Shown here piece by piece: positions 1-13,008 of a stretch of 64,000 nucleotides of DNA. This DNA is from Eremomyces bilateralis CBS 781.70 (Eukaryota), in the NCBI GenBank assembly GCA_010015585.1, contig ML975150.1. The stretch is one strand, 5' to 3'. The notes beneath the pieces were generated by a model. The model was not told the DNA's origin. It did no database searches and worked only from the letters and a program-made list of their open reading frames with translations. How positions within the stretch are numbered: the first letter of the stretch is position 1; each line of letters opens with the position of its first letter. The position numbers and the translations under genes were made by a program.

Positions 1-967
1 GCTGCAAGGGTCCGTCGGTAGAGGTCCTGAAGCTCACCAGCCTCGCGCGATCGATGGCTTAGAGCAGGCATTTCTAACCATGTTAGCCACGGTCAAGCGC
101 AAGTATCATTTCGACGTACGCCCTATATCGTCCGACTCTACTTGCTCTCCTCCAACCACAATCCCAGCGATGCCGCCGAACACCTGAGCGGTTCGTAGCG
201 GGGGCCTGCTATATATTGAGCCTCAAATACCTTAAACAATCAGCGACGTTGCACTTACGCTATGAAGTTTCGATCCCCCTCAGTCTGGCGAAGGAAGATG
301 CTGATCTGGGACGGTTAGCGCCACCTGATTATGCCTCATAAGCGCCCTATTATACCCTCAATGTACTATTGATCTTGCTATCCTGCATGAGGTATCGTCT
401 TGAAATTCCGACGTCTCCTTCGGCCTCGCTTGCTTCCACGTACTCGGCCAGATTCAATTTCACAACACCCAGTATTATCCGCTCCCCTTTGCTTCCAGAA
501 GAGTATTCCTGGATTACCTCGAAATGTATCCATGACTCCTGCAAGAGACCGGATTTGTCGATCGTGAACCGTACTGCGAAATGAGCCTCATGGTTCCACG
601 TAACTTTATGCTCCTTGATATCTCGCTTCTCGGTCCGACCCTGGTGATCTCCGGCGGCGGAATGCGGGAGGTGCCATTTGACGAATGACTTTCCGGAGAC
701 GAGGGGAACGTTATTTAGGTCGAGGACCTGAGCAAGGCTCAGCAAGGTACTATGCCACGGATAATGGCGGGACAAACCTGCAAGTCAAGATCGAACTTTG
801 CCTATTCAGCAGTTAGAATGATATAGTTGAAAGCCAAAGTTCCTGGCATCGTTCCCATACCCTTCGATTCTTCGGGACTGCCAACTCGGTCAGCGAATTC
901 CGAGCCCAGTTTTGGGACCGCTTCCAAAGGGCAGTCGGCGGCATGGTTTCTCACCAAAGGCTTGCAT
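1..967 (-). CDS. NT-C2 (EEIG1/EHBP1 N-terminal C2) domain protein, multi-exon, runs off the window start
   Basis: ORF 350-775 has DLNNVPLVSGKSFVKWHL...LGVVKLNLAEYV...RRYLMQDSKINSTL, typical of fungal NT-C2 proteins; ATG at 967 followed by short GT-AG introns. Confidence 0.8.
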
Positions 968-1403
968 GTTGGGCAACTATTCCAAGAATCACTTCTTCAC
1001 GAGAAGCGGATGTGTTCGCGCATTTGTTGGTAGGGGCAGGCGCGAGAGGTGAATGATTGACTGCCGGTAGCTCGTGCTCGTGAATTGATCGCCGCGGCCT
1101 TCATGTTCATTCTCATGCTCCTATCCCGCGACTGCAGTAAGGTAGCAATTTTTCAGTGTAGATGCTCAGTGATTAATTCATAGTTATTATCCGATGAAGT
1201 TTGAAGGTTGACCGAGTATCATCAATGACCCCACGCAGCACCTGATGCTTGGCGATCATCTCAGCCCCAGGGTCAATCGCTAGTCTACTTAATTATAGCT
1301 CTATCCCACGCCAGGACTATTCGCCGTTGAAACCATTACAGGAAATTACATAAGATACCACACTCATTGAAGTACCCGTATCCATCATCATTGAGACGTT
1401 GGG

Positions 1404-2799
1404 ATGAACAATCGGGCAGATGAAGTGGCTCGTTGTGTGACATCCGCATTCGACGAATTACCTCCAAGGGCAAAGCCCAGGCGAGAAGAGGTAGTCTCAG
1501 AATGGGTTCCATTGAGTGGAATTGTCCTTATGGATGAAGGTGACTCCTCGCGATTAAAACATATCCTTTTCGTCAAGCTAATTACTATATACAGAGACCG
1601 GGGAATTAAGATGCGTTGCTTTTGCGTCAGTAGAATCTACCCTCATCTATAGATGTCACGGCCCTCACTGATATGCAGGACAGGAATGAAATGCCTCCCT
1701 CGCAATCATGTCCGCTTAGCGAAAGGCAATACTCTCCATGACTCTCATGCAGAAGTGCTAGTTCTCCGTGCGTTCAATCGCCTTCTTCTCGAAGAATGTC
1801 GTCGATTGCTTGAAGCACCAATGGAGAGCCAAAACACGATTGTTCAATGGAGGCGGGCCCCAAATACCCCAGGATCCAGTACGGACGGACCCCCGTTTAC
1901 AATCCGTCATGGTACCAGGATCATTATGTATTCCAGCGAAGCGCCTTGCGGCGACGCAAGCATGGAGTTGATCATCGAGAAGCAGGGGGATCCCACTCCA
2001 TGGATGCAGACAGCGGCGGAAACGTCGGAGTCGTCAGCCCAAGATCCGGCACTTTTCGGACGCGGGTATTTTTCACAACTCGGAGTAGTGCGTCGTAAGC
2101 CTGGTGCGTATTACAGATCAGTATCAACGTATAGAGGGGTCTAAACATCGTTCAGCCAGGCCTGATGCCCCTGAGACGTTCAGCAAGTCCTGCTCGGACA
2201 AATTGGCTATGAAGCAATGCAGCTCTGTCCTCAGCTCCATAACATCGCCGTTCATCTACCCTGGGTCTGCCTATATCCACACACTGGTAATTCCAGAATC
2301 GCAATATAGGCCCGAAGCTTGCTCCAGGGCCTTCGGTCCGGACGGAAGACTAAGGCCCATTGTCGGCGATGGTGTGTTCCTAGAGGACGGTTACAGCTTC
2401 AGCCCGTACTCCGTCCAAACAACAAGCCACGAGTTCGAGTGGTCCCGGCGATCCATCCCCACTGACTATCGACCCAGTGCGTGCAATACGGCACTAATCG
2501 CCACTGCGACCTCTCATGAAGTCATCGTTGGAGGCACTCTCCAGGGCCGCAAGCAATTTAACCCGCGCGGCGCAAGCAAGGTTTCAAGACGGAGCATGTG
2601 GACCTTGGCGGCGACTGTGGCACGCCTGCTTCACAACCCTATGATCGACGAAGCTATGGCGGGTCCAACCTATGCCAATTTGAAGTCTTCGGAGCTGCTG
2701 CTTGGGCGGCGGGAACTCTTGGACGTTGTCAAATCAAAGGCCCTTTCGGGTTGGATTCCGAATGATGGAGATGAGGATTTTTCTTTACAGGAAAAGTAG
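1404..2799 (+). CDS. TAD1: tRNA-specific adenosine deaminase (ADAT1/Tad1), multi-exon
   Basis: Motifs EWVPLSGIV, TGMKCLP, LHDSHAEVL, SEAPCGDASM, RRKP, SKSCSDKL across ORFs 1404-1652, 1653-2144 and 2104-2799. Confidence 0.9.
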
Positions 2800-3360
2800 A
2801 GGAATGCCTCTCATCCTCGTTTCATTTGAAAATCTTATCACCTGCGGGGGGATGCCCGCTTTCAGACGTTCATGAGATACTATCTAGAAATTGCTAAGAT
2901 GTCAGTTGCCGAGGAAGCTTCATCTTTGACCCAGATGGATAACTTGTTGGAAATTGCATAGGTGAATGTCATCCTATCTGCAACTGAGTCGGCTAAGATA
3001 TGTCGTTCAGAATGGATTCTCAATTCGTGAACCCAGTGCTAAATGAGCCCTAGAAAAGCTAATTTGTGACTTGTACACTTAATTGCGAGAGGCAAGACGC
3101 AATAACGACTTCAATTGACGGTATAAAAACCATGACAGTCTATAGCCTAAAGCCATGAAGGTCTAATTTTGAGTGTATCCTATCTCTAGGCAATCCCACT
3201 TCCATGTACACTATCTACGTGATGATCGGGGATAGGCACAACCCCGGCGCAGCAAGTAGCAACATAGCAAATTGTATGCTGCTCTGCTGTGCTCTGCTTG
3301 TCTCTGCTTGTTTTGTCTGAATGGCAGGAACTTTGGGGCAGACGAACTTCTCATTACCAC

Positions 3361-4921
3361 CTATTGTGCTTGGTCGGATTTAGTCCGGTCAGGTAAAGCC
3401 TCCATCTTCGCTCCGGGATATCCAGTGCCAACTTTCTTAACTTTCTTCTCCTTCTTTGGCTTCTCCTCGGGTGGGTAAGCCTTCATGGTCACCTCCTGCC
3501 ACTCCTTCGAGGCTTGGAACTTGGCTCGAATGGGATCTAGAAGATCATTGAGAGCCTTAGTGACTCCGGCTTTGAGCAGTTGGGGTGTCAACTGGATGAA
3601 GGTCAGCAACCTGGGAAGTTCTTATTTATGAGATCGATGACACAACGTACGACATCCTTTTGATAATCATCCTTTAGTTGCCCAATGCTTGAGTAGACCA
3701 ACGGCTCCAATCCATCCCGACTACGGTCCACCACAAGCTCTTGGCGGCCACGCGACAGAGATGACGCTGGGAGTAGGACAAACTCCACAAACGCGATGAG
3801 ACCATTTCCTTCCGTGACTTGGGGAGCTGATACTGCCTTGCGTATCTTTTTTGCTACAACCTCCGGAGGGTCAAGAAGATCGATTTTGCTCTCTAGTCAT
3901 AGTTAGCGGGAGGTTGTAAGAAAGATACAAATCCATACCTGGGTCGCTTGAGCTCATTTTGCCCCCCTGGCCGAGCCCAGGGATCAGGGGATTGAGGAGA
4001 TGGGCACACTGAAAGTATATGAGCTCTGCATGACAATCGGGGACGATCGTCGACCCATACCTGCTTGTAGCCAATCTTAGGAAGCCAGTCCTTAGCGGCG
4101 GTAAAAAGCTTCCGCTGGTCCTATTCCGAAGTCAGTGAAGTTCAAGTTTAAAGGTGGGGTCCACGGACCACTCCTCCGAACTGAGCGTCCACGCCAAGAT
4201 GCTTCTCATCTAGAACTTGAAGGATTGGGTAAAGGAGACCACTCAGAGGAGCATTGTCTGTCTGCTTGACGACCTCTGCCCCTGCCTTTTTCGCATCGTG
4301 CTCTGAGACCAAAGAACTGAGCTTGTAGACGTCCATGACATACTCAGGGCTCTTCTGATAGGAGCTCCCCAGGACGAACTTCAGTTTCTTGGTTGATACG
4401 CCAACTGATTCCAGCATGGCAGAGACTACTAGCTGATAAAAGTCGGCTCGCTTCTCGACAAGCTCCAAAGGAGCTTTGAGGTTGTCGAGGAAACCATGAC
4501 TGTTTCAAGTCAGTGATATGTTTGGTAGGCCAAGGGCCCATTTCAATACATGTCTGCAATAAGGCATGTCACTTCACAGCCAGCGGCGAGGTATTGTGCG
4601 ATTTTGATAGCAGGAACTAGAAACTTAGTGATTAGTTCGAGCCTCAGCGAATGTTCTCAGCGAATCCAATACCGAAGTAGCCGCAATGGGGACGGCCGGT
4701 TGTTGCGGTACCTGATCAAGGACAGCGGTTAGCATGTTTAAACTATCCCATAAACGCCTTGATATGACCACTCAATATGTGGAGCTAATAATGATCTTAC
4801 CCCAATAGATCTTCGGATCCCGTCCTTCAGCCAAGATGTTTTCTATTATCTCTGGGTTCAAAATCTCAGCGAGATTCTCCTTGATCAGATCAAACCGCTC
4901 TGCTGCCCTTGGGTCCGCCAT
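3361..4921 (-). CDS. TYS1: Cytoplasmic tyrosyl-tRNA synthetase, multi-exon
   Basis: [61 protein letters not shown] motif, Lys-rich C-terminal tail. Confidence 0.93.
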
Positions 4922-5147
4922 GATGTGGACCGAAATTCGTTCTGAAGGGTCTCGGAGAAGCACACAGAAAAGTTGTCCTTGAGAGTTTGAAGCCGGAAGG
5001 CTGTGATTGAAACTAAGACGGCCCTCGGAAACACCTAACACATCAATTGGTTCAGTTAAGATCCTTCTTACTGCATGTATGTCTACTGAACCAGAGATTT
5101 GCATGAATGGATTCTAAAATGAAGAGTCATCGCAAGTGTCGCCCGGA

Positions 5148-5156
5148 TCACGTGAC
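5148..5156. promoter_or_regulatory. TCACGTGAC E-box/Cbf1-like site upstream of TYS1
   Basis: Palindromic CACGTG core about 230 bp upstream of the TYS1 ATG; motif match only. Confidence 0.3.
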
Positions 5157-6016
5157 TAAATTCCACTCCCATAGCTCTATTGGTCCCCAACGATGCTCGA
5201 AAAAGCATTCTCGATATCAACAAGTAATCTTCCTGTCATTTCATAACTGGAACATTAGCAGGCTCTTGATATCATGTTAGTTTTGCCTGAAATATTGAGC
5301 AGAGTACGCAGTATGTCTCAGCTATCATGGAAATCCATCACACCATACATAGTACTTATCCTTTTCAGATACGGCCGTAACCTCACTTCATCCTGGAGCC
5401 CTGGACACACATTCATTGGCACGTCCTTCACAAAGTTGATATTTCAGGCGTTCCAAGCACTCCAAATGCAAAGGAGAATGAACTGTATTTATCATCAACC
5501 ATGCTGATCTCTGCCTGAGCAAGATGACTGCATGTCTATTTCAAGACCACAGAGACCTCTGCTTCAAGCTTCAACGGATGCCGCACCCAGATGCCCAAAG
5601 AGATGGATTAATCGAGTTTGATGTTTAACAAGGCAGCGAATCCCAAAGTGTAGTCCGGAAGTTGTTTTGGAATAATACTTTGCAGCGTTATGAGGATGTA
5701 AGCTAAGATCTCCTCTCCTCTCGACTTAGCCCTATTAATTATCATGTATTGCTATGGACCTATGGTATGGTCTGGCAGAAGGATATACTTACATGTGAAT
5801 GCTGGAAGGATGGATCTGCAGGACATATTTGATATTCTATCCACTTCGGGCCGAAACTTCCTGCAGTGCTTACTGATACTCCACACAATAATCTTTCAAA
5901 TTCTATTTAAGAATGCCATATCCCGCTGGTGGTTCCATGGAAGTATCCGGAACGACAGTACCACAAGTCCACGAAAATATAGGTGAATAATTTCGAAGGT
6001 CTAGTGTTTGATAGCC

Positions 6017-7007
6017 ATGAAAGTTGCAGTTGCTGGTGTACGTATCTTGATCGCAGGTGGCTAGCCTGACCTTACTTTCTTAACGGCTCATCTTACTGAC
6101 AAGTTCACCTTGTCTCTAGCCCAATGGGACACTCGGCCAAGCCGTGATCTCCAATCTAATCAAGTCGAACATCTCTGTCACAGTCCTTACGCGGGATGCG
6201 AAGAAAACTGCTGGCGTGTTCCCAGCTGTGTCAACTGAGAACATCGTCGAGACCGACTACTCGTCCGTGGACGCTCTCGCCCCTAAGCTCCAGGGCCATG
6301 ACGCGATCGTTATCCTCATCGAGCGCAATGCGTACACACCGCAGATCGTCGCTATAGATGCCGCCATTGCTGCAGGGGTGCGCCGTATCATTCCCTCCAG
6401 CTGGGGTTTAGATATGTCCGACCCATACTTACGCACCATTCCAACCCTCAAAGAGAAATTGGACATGGAGACCTACCTAGCGGAGCGGGCACGCTCTCAT
6501 AAAGGTTTCGTGTGGACGGGGATCTTGACCGGCGTGTTCTGGGATTGGGCGCTTCCGTTGGGGCTTCTCGTGGATCCAACCGGGGAGGGTATGACCTATA
6601 TCATGGATGGAGGGGGACATGTGATATGTGGTACGTTGCTCGATGATGTTGGAAGGGCGGTGGTCAGCGCATTGAAAGCACCGGAGGAAGCCGTGGGGAA
6701 CAAATTCTTGCAAATCCGAAGCGTTGTTGCCACGCAGTCGAAGCTGCTTGAGTGGGCAAAGGCGGTGAAACCTGAAGCTCCTTGGAAATCTATGAACGTC
6801 GATACAGAAAAGATGGAGAAGGCAGCCCGGGAGGCTTGGGGCAGAGGCGAGCGTGATCCTCGAGCGCTGAGGGGCTTCTTATTGCGTGCGTACGCTTTAG
6901 GGGCTTCTGATTTCAAGCACCTGGATAACGAGTTGCTTGGTGTTGCTGATGGTGGTGAGGAACTCGCACGGAAGACACTGGAGCAACTCATTCGGCCGAA
7001 AAGCTAA
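6017..7007 (+). CDS. NmrA-like / isoflavone reductase-like NAD(P)-binding oxidoreductase
   Basis: MKVAVAG + intron + ANGTLG Rossmann motif; IDAAIAAGVRRIIPSSWG; DVGRAVV. Confidence 0.85.
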
Positions 7008-8503
7008 GTAGTATCGAAAATGCAAGCGAAGACAGGTGCGGTAGTACTACTACTTAGTTACCATTAGTCCCTCTATGTCAACCTGCGGCTACTAAACCAA
7101 CCCCGGCCCCCCCTTTAGTTTGTGGGAGCTATGAGAATGTTCTGTAATGACCTCAAGCGGAATCATTTTATGTATAGCCTTAGACACACTTTTTGAGCAT
7201 CTACTCACAATCTGGTCGCTGAAGAACCTAGTTCAGCCGCTGAGAATCCCTTCTGATGCCTTCAAATCCTTATTTCGCTACCATCGCTGTTTGTGGACTG
7301 GCAATAACACATCGACCCTGTGACCTAAAGCTAGATATGCGGAAACGCAATGCCGGCCAGGCCCTCCAAATGAACTTTGCCTAGCTGCTATCAATTTAGC
7401 CGTAATATAAATAGGTAGTATCGACCTTTTACTTCACCCCTACTAAAGCTCGCTGATTCCTCCCCAGTGTTCTCTTTATAGTCATTTCAGTGGTGTATTA
7501 CTGTGAGCATAGCATAGCATACATTAATAATGTGGCTATCATGAGTCAGTAAGCGGGACCTGCCTGTGACTTACGCCTCCAGGAAGGGTTGAAGGATACA
7601 GCAACTATATATTTCTTAGCAAGAATCTTTTCCTTAAGGCCACCATGGCTATTATTCTAGATCATGAAGGAAATTGGTTCTCTTCACTCATGGGGGGCCA
7701 TCGATTATCTTATCAGTCATGACAGTGCAGTTTAGCCTTCACCAGGTCTTGTTCTGCACCCTCGATGCCGGGATTCGAATGATACTGAAGCAGGCGATCC
7801 TTTGATGTTCCCAGAGACTGCACTCTTGTATAGTAGGTCTGACACAAGCAAACGCAGAATGTCACGAACGCTATAAAGTTGAATAAAATATAAGGTAGGG
7901 AAGCAAAGCTCTATGGGCAGAGCAGACCCCCCTGAATAGAATCGTTGAGGCCTGATCGAGGACTGCATGGCGTGCCACACTTCCGCGGTAGATGGATTGA
8001 GTGAAGTCAAAAATATCGTTTTCGAATGGGTATGAGCCATAACCATACATTCAGCTTATCGTTCCAGGCGCCAGCATATGGGAATGCTTCGAATCGGAGG
8101 CTACGTATCGCTTGTACGTTATTAAATTTCCAACTTAGTGGTACTAGTGGAAGATCCTGGAGAGTTGTGCCCCTGACTCCACGAGAAATCACTAGGTATC
8201 CACGGATCCAACTGGAGATGATCTTGATTAAGGAAATACGACCTGCATTGTTTCTGTGACTGGGGCTAAGTGCACTCTAATGTAGAAGAAAAATAGTCCG
8301 CAGAGGCCGTCAACCTGAGCATAGGCACCATCCTAACCAGCAGATGGCATTATCGAAAGTCAAGATATTGGATACAGAATAAGAACACAGAACATGATAG
8401 CTAGAGAGCATTTCCAGAGTTAAACACGGACTATTGGCTTCGCTTGCATTTAATCTTGTAAGGGAGCGAGTGGGTAAGACGGGGAGCCATCCAATGGCCT
8501 CGT

Positions 8504-9613
8504 TCACAAAGAGGGTATCTTTTCGAGTATGTCTTCCCCAGTGCTGGACAGATGACGATTTTCGCTAGATTGGGGTGTCGGTGATGTTTTAAGTGAGTTG
8601 AGGTCTTCCATTGTAGGAATCCTAACCTTTTTCTGTTCCGATCCAGCAGTATCTGAAGTAGATACACGAACATCTTCCAACCACCGCTTCATTCGCGTGG
8701 CTTGAAGTTTTTGGATTTGGAATTCGGCTTCGGCGGCGGTCCCAATGTTGAGAACTTGTTGCGGTGTTCTTGTTTCCGGTGTTGATTGTTCCGGCCCAGG
8801 CCGATGGGAATGGTCCGAGCCACCAGGGAGCAGATAATCGAACATGTCCATATCCTCCAGCTCACTAATATCAAACCCCTGGACGACGCAACGCTCTTTC
8901 AGAACATTAATTTCCTCTCTTGTTGCTAAAATTTCTTCAGTTAGCTTCGCCCGCTCCAAGAATAAGCCCTTGAAGTTATCAGTGTCGGCGAGGGATTCGG
9001 CATCTTCGAGCACATGTACCGGGAGTTTTTGAGTTTTCGCCTTGATATACTGATCGGCATTCAAGTTATAAAGTCTCATCATAAGATTCTTATAATCTCC
9101 AGCACGGTCGTACAGAGCGCTGACATCAGGATTATCTGACTCTTTAGAGGACCTCCTAGCATCGCCCTTTGAAAGAGCGCTTTGCGAAGCCGTCGGAGAA
9201 TTCGAATGAGAGTATGAAACTGGAGTGTTTGATCTCTCTAAGGATGCCTTCTCCAAACTCCACAGCTTGTACTCCGCTTGACTGAGTTTCTCCCGAATTG
9301 ATTCAGTGCGCTGTTCGCCTTCAGTTAGAATGCTCGACTCATGCACCAGGTCATTGCTGAGGCGGGTGATCTGAGAAATGCTTTGCTCCAGAGTCCTTTG
9401 TGCCACAGCAACTTCGATAAACTGCACAATATCCGCCTGGAGTCTTACAAAGGCGACGCGCTGCCGCACGAATTGGGCGTCGGCGTGCTCGAATTGCTCT
9501 CTTAGCACCAGTATCTTCGGTATCCTTTTTAGCATTTGGTTTTGGGTCCTTCTCAAGCTCCTACTTGAGGGCAACTTGGTATTCCCGATCTCGTCAAAGG
9601 GACCAGATTCCAT
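8504..9613 (-). CDS. Hypothetical protein with coiled-coil character
   Basis: 369-aa open frame with heptad-like E/L/Q/R-rich segments; no recognisable motif. Confidence 0.55.
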   Translation of the reverse strand: MESGPFDEIGNTKLPSSRSLRRTQNQMLKRIPKILVLREQFEHADAQFVRQRVAFVRLQADIVQFIEVAVAQRTLEQSISQITRLSNDLVHESSILTEGEQRTESIREKLSQAEYKLWSLEKASLERSNTPVSYSHSNSPTASQSALSKGDARRSSKESDNPDVSALYDRAGDYKNLMMRLYNLNADQYIKAKTQKLPVHVLEDAESLADTDNFKGLFLERAKLTEEILATREEINVLKERCVVQGFDISELEDMDMFDYLLPGGSDHSHRPGPEQSTPETRTPQQVLNIGTAAEAEFQIQKLQATRMKRWLEDVRVSTSDTAGSEQKKVRIPTMEDLNSLKTSPTPQSSENRHLSSTGEDILEKIPSL

Positions 9614-11549
9614 TCAGTATGGATGCGGCGGCTCGTTTGGATAGAAAAATCAGACTTGAGGAAAGTTTGATGAACGCCCCCGCGAGAGGAGACGCCAAAG
9701 CCCCGAAACCAAGAAGGATGTCGATCCTCAAGCAGGCTGACTATGTGATCAAGGTGACCCTAGTCGTATTTCGACTTGTCTCTGTGGTTTCGCAGGAACA
9801 CGATCCTTTCGAGAGGTGCTGAAGTGGTGTCAAGACACCCTCGGCCATTACATATGCCGAGTTGTCTTTTTCTGCGCAGCCTTTTCATGAGTCAGCTAAG
9901 GCAATAATTCTTCCATCTCCTGATAAACCGTTGCTGACCTGTTTCGTTGTCGGTAACGCCTGAGTCGTTGATAGCATGCCGCTAGAACTCGGAGACGATC
10001 CTCAAAGCAGAAAATTGGCAGGAACGGAAAGTTAACGATAGCTTTTAATCCAGCAATAACGAGGCGTTGAAGTAAAATAGGAGAGAAATAGCCCAGGCCA
10101 CCTGTCCGGGATCATGCGCGTCAAGGCATCCTCTGTAGTACAGATCTTGAGTTTTGAGACTGTATATAGTACAACCCGGTTCCCCCCATCCCCGACACTG
10201 TCGTGGACTCGTGGCACGTGGCCACGCGCAACATACGGAAAGCAAGGGCCAAGGGAACGTCAGCACCCCAATCTAGCTTGGTCTCTCGCTGATTAGTCTC
10301 ACTACAGGCAGTGGTCTTGTCGTCGGATAGAGGTGTGACAGTATCGCATCTAGGATGCGATACAGTAAATGCAAAGTGAAAGAATCTTACGGAAATGGAA
10401 CTTGGGGCAAATAACCACATTCGACGAGGCTCGCAGTCGCGCATCATGATAGGCGCAATCTACACCGGCTGGACAGCAACCTATGAACAAGACCAGTCCT
10501 GACTCAACTTCTCACACCTGAAAACTAAGGTGTTGGAGAGTTGAGGCAACTCCTATTTTCCTCTAATTACTCGCAACGGAGTTAGGTCTCCGTAGTACCA
10601 TGTGATTGGCTACGGCGGCGTACTCCGTATTACCACTCCTAACAAGAAATCATAAACATGAGATCCTCCCAAATCCCCAGCACTGTGGTAGCCGGTAGAA
10701 TGATGGCAGTGATTCGTGATCTTTATAACTTTATTGGATGGAGTTGGTGCACCAGATGATCGAAATCGTGATTGACTGACAGTCTGGTGCAACTCCGAGG
10801 AGCTTCTCCACCAGACTTGTCGGGACCGTCCGCCGATGCCCCACTTTAACTGCAGGCCCATGAAATGCAATGAAATATCATTGCACTCCTACACCGGTTC
10901 AGTCCTCCGTGTTCCACCAGCCCTGCGGGATACAACCTGTATATATCCGTCCTCTATACGAACGAAAATACATATTTGGAGAGAAATATTATCCCTCCAC
11001 CACTCAGGATCTCCAGGTAGTGGCTTCGCAGCGGATGCTCCATGGTAGCCGCCTGTCAATCAGTGTGTCGTTTCAACGGCCTTCTAATGGCCGTTGCCAC
11101 GGATTTTATATGCCCATAGACAAGGTGGCACTGACGCAGCCTCCCATGCTGTCCAGTCTGACGGTTACAAATGTTTCCAATGGCGGCGATGATATGTCTC
11201 TCCGCTTTCATGCACGCAAGGTCTGATGGTGTGCAGACATCCTGGCCGACGATGAGCTCACGAGGCCTGATAGAGCTGGGATTCCCTGATGGATGCCCAA
11301 TGCCCATCAGCGAATTGGAAGCATACAAGAGGATTCAGCTGTCAATTTTGAGCCTCATCATATTGACTTCCTCGGTCGCATTTAAAAGGAAGCAAGGTTC
11401 GGTCGCTGAAGACTCTAGCAGCCGATTGTGCTTCGTTTTGGCTGCGGCATTTACCCAAAATGTCGGGAAATCAGCCACCGCAATGGCGGTTGGACAAGGC
11501 ACGAAACTGCTACTACATCTACGACGACGTTAGCCAATGTTTTATTTAC

Positions 11550-13008
11550 ACAGATGGCACAACGATCCCTAGTGCCCCCCAAGTGCCCCCTGAGACACCG
11601 TGAGCACTGGATTGCTTCACTATAACAAGTTAAACCGATCCCAGAGCATGCTGAAGTTTTACATAGATCCCACACGAACCACCAAACAACATACGGTTCT
11701 CCTTTGAATACTCACAGTGCTTATAGCAATAGGTATGAATCTTAGAAATAGGGCTTTGAACACTATTGAATTTATTAGCAGTCCATTAGCGCCTCATGTA
11801 CCGAATGCTACAATAGCCGGCCAGTCAGGTACTCCGCTATATCTTTTATGATTTTCTATGCTTCTAGTCGCATACTCACAATCCCAATTCCCATTAATGC
11901 TGGTACCAAAGTGCGGTTGACTAAGGCGTGATGTTCAAAGGAGCGGAATCATTCTCCCAGGCTTCCCGGAAGCCCCACCCTGTAAAGCTCAATATTGAGT
12001 CGCCAAACCCATTGTACAAAGACCATTCGAGACTATTCGAGAAGGGGATACGCCCTTACAAGGTCTTAAGAGGGTCGAAAGGAAATTTTGAGAGATTTCA
12101 TTCTAGTGCGTATGAGCCCTGATCCGTCACATCCCCTGGGACTGACCCGACAGAATTTATCGTCCGGAAACGAAAATTCTACAAATTAGGGAAGGTACGG
12201 TGCCTCATCCTGAGCATTCCAACACGTATGCCAATTCTGTTTGTCTGAACAGGTCTTCCAAGTCTTATGGCCTGAGCCGCAAGGATCAGTCGTTGCAACC
12301 GAGAAGTCTTCCGGTACGACAAAGATCGCCTCCGAGGATCCTGCCAACTTTGAGGGCCACTATGCGAAGGTCCGATGGTTTGTTGTAATCCTAGAAGGAT
12401 CTTCCTTCTCCTCTTGCCTGTATGACTCACATATCCCCAACTCTACTAGATGATACTGACTGCTCACCTCCGACAGCCCCATTCAAACGTATGAGGGACG
12501 GGGCGTGAGCAAGCCCAGTGTTAACAAAAGCCACCATTGCATTGCCTTTACGAGCCAGAAGGCTCCAGAGGAACACCCTTCGGAGGCTCCAAGTGCTTGG
12601 GACACGGGCGGTATGAGGAAACCGATCCGCATCATAACTCGGAGTAAGACGGAGAGCCTAGTTATCATGTCTCGACTGAATTATGCAAAAGTGTATACTG
12701 TTGAGCATAATGTCAAGTCATACGATTTTGGTAATGTTGCCGAGGGATATCTGCATCGGTTAAGTGCCTCTTTCAAGGCGGTATCTGGTGAAATGAGGGA
12801 AGCCACGCTAGGCTCGCGGACGTTGGAGCCCAGAGATAGTGATGTGGAAGAGGAAGATGAGGAAGAGGATGATGAGGATGAGGATGAGGATGAGGATGAG
12901 GAAGAGGAAGATGAGGATGACGAAGATGAGGATAAGGATGAGGAAGATGAGGGTGAGGAAGAGTCTTTTTCTCACGCCCGAGGAGGTGTCTCTTACACAT
13001 CAGCTTGA
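11550..13008 (+). CDS. DUF6590-like domain protein with acidic tail; 5' exons uncertain
   Basis: Spliced FYKLGKVFQVLWPEP...KVRWFVVI...CLPIQTYEGRG...SRLNYAKVYTVEHNVK..FGNV matches the fungal DUF6590 pattern; start approximate. Confidence 0.65.
12841..12963 (+). repeat. GAG/GAT/GAA low-complexity repeat encoding poly-E/D
   Basis: gaggatgaggatgaggat... tract. Confidence 0.9.

Noticed and set aside
10000..11530. Short overlapping ORFs, also at 13.2-15.3 kb
   Set aside because: No recognisable motif or consistent splice model; cannot support a gene call
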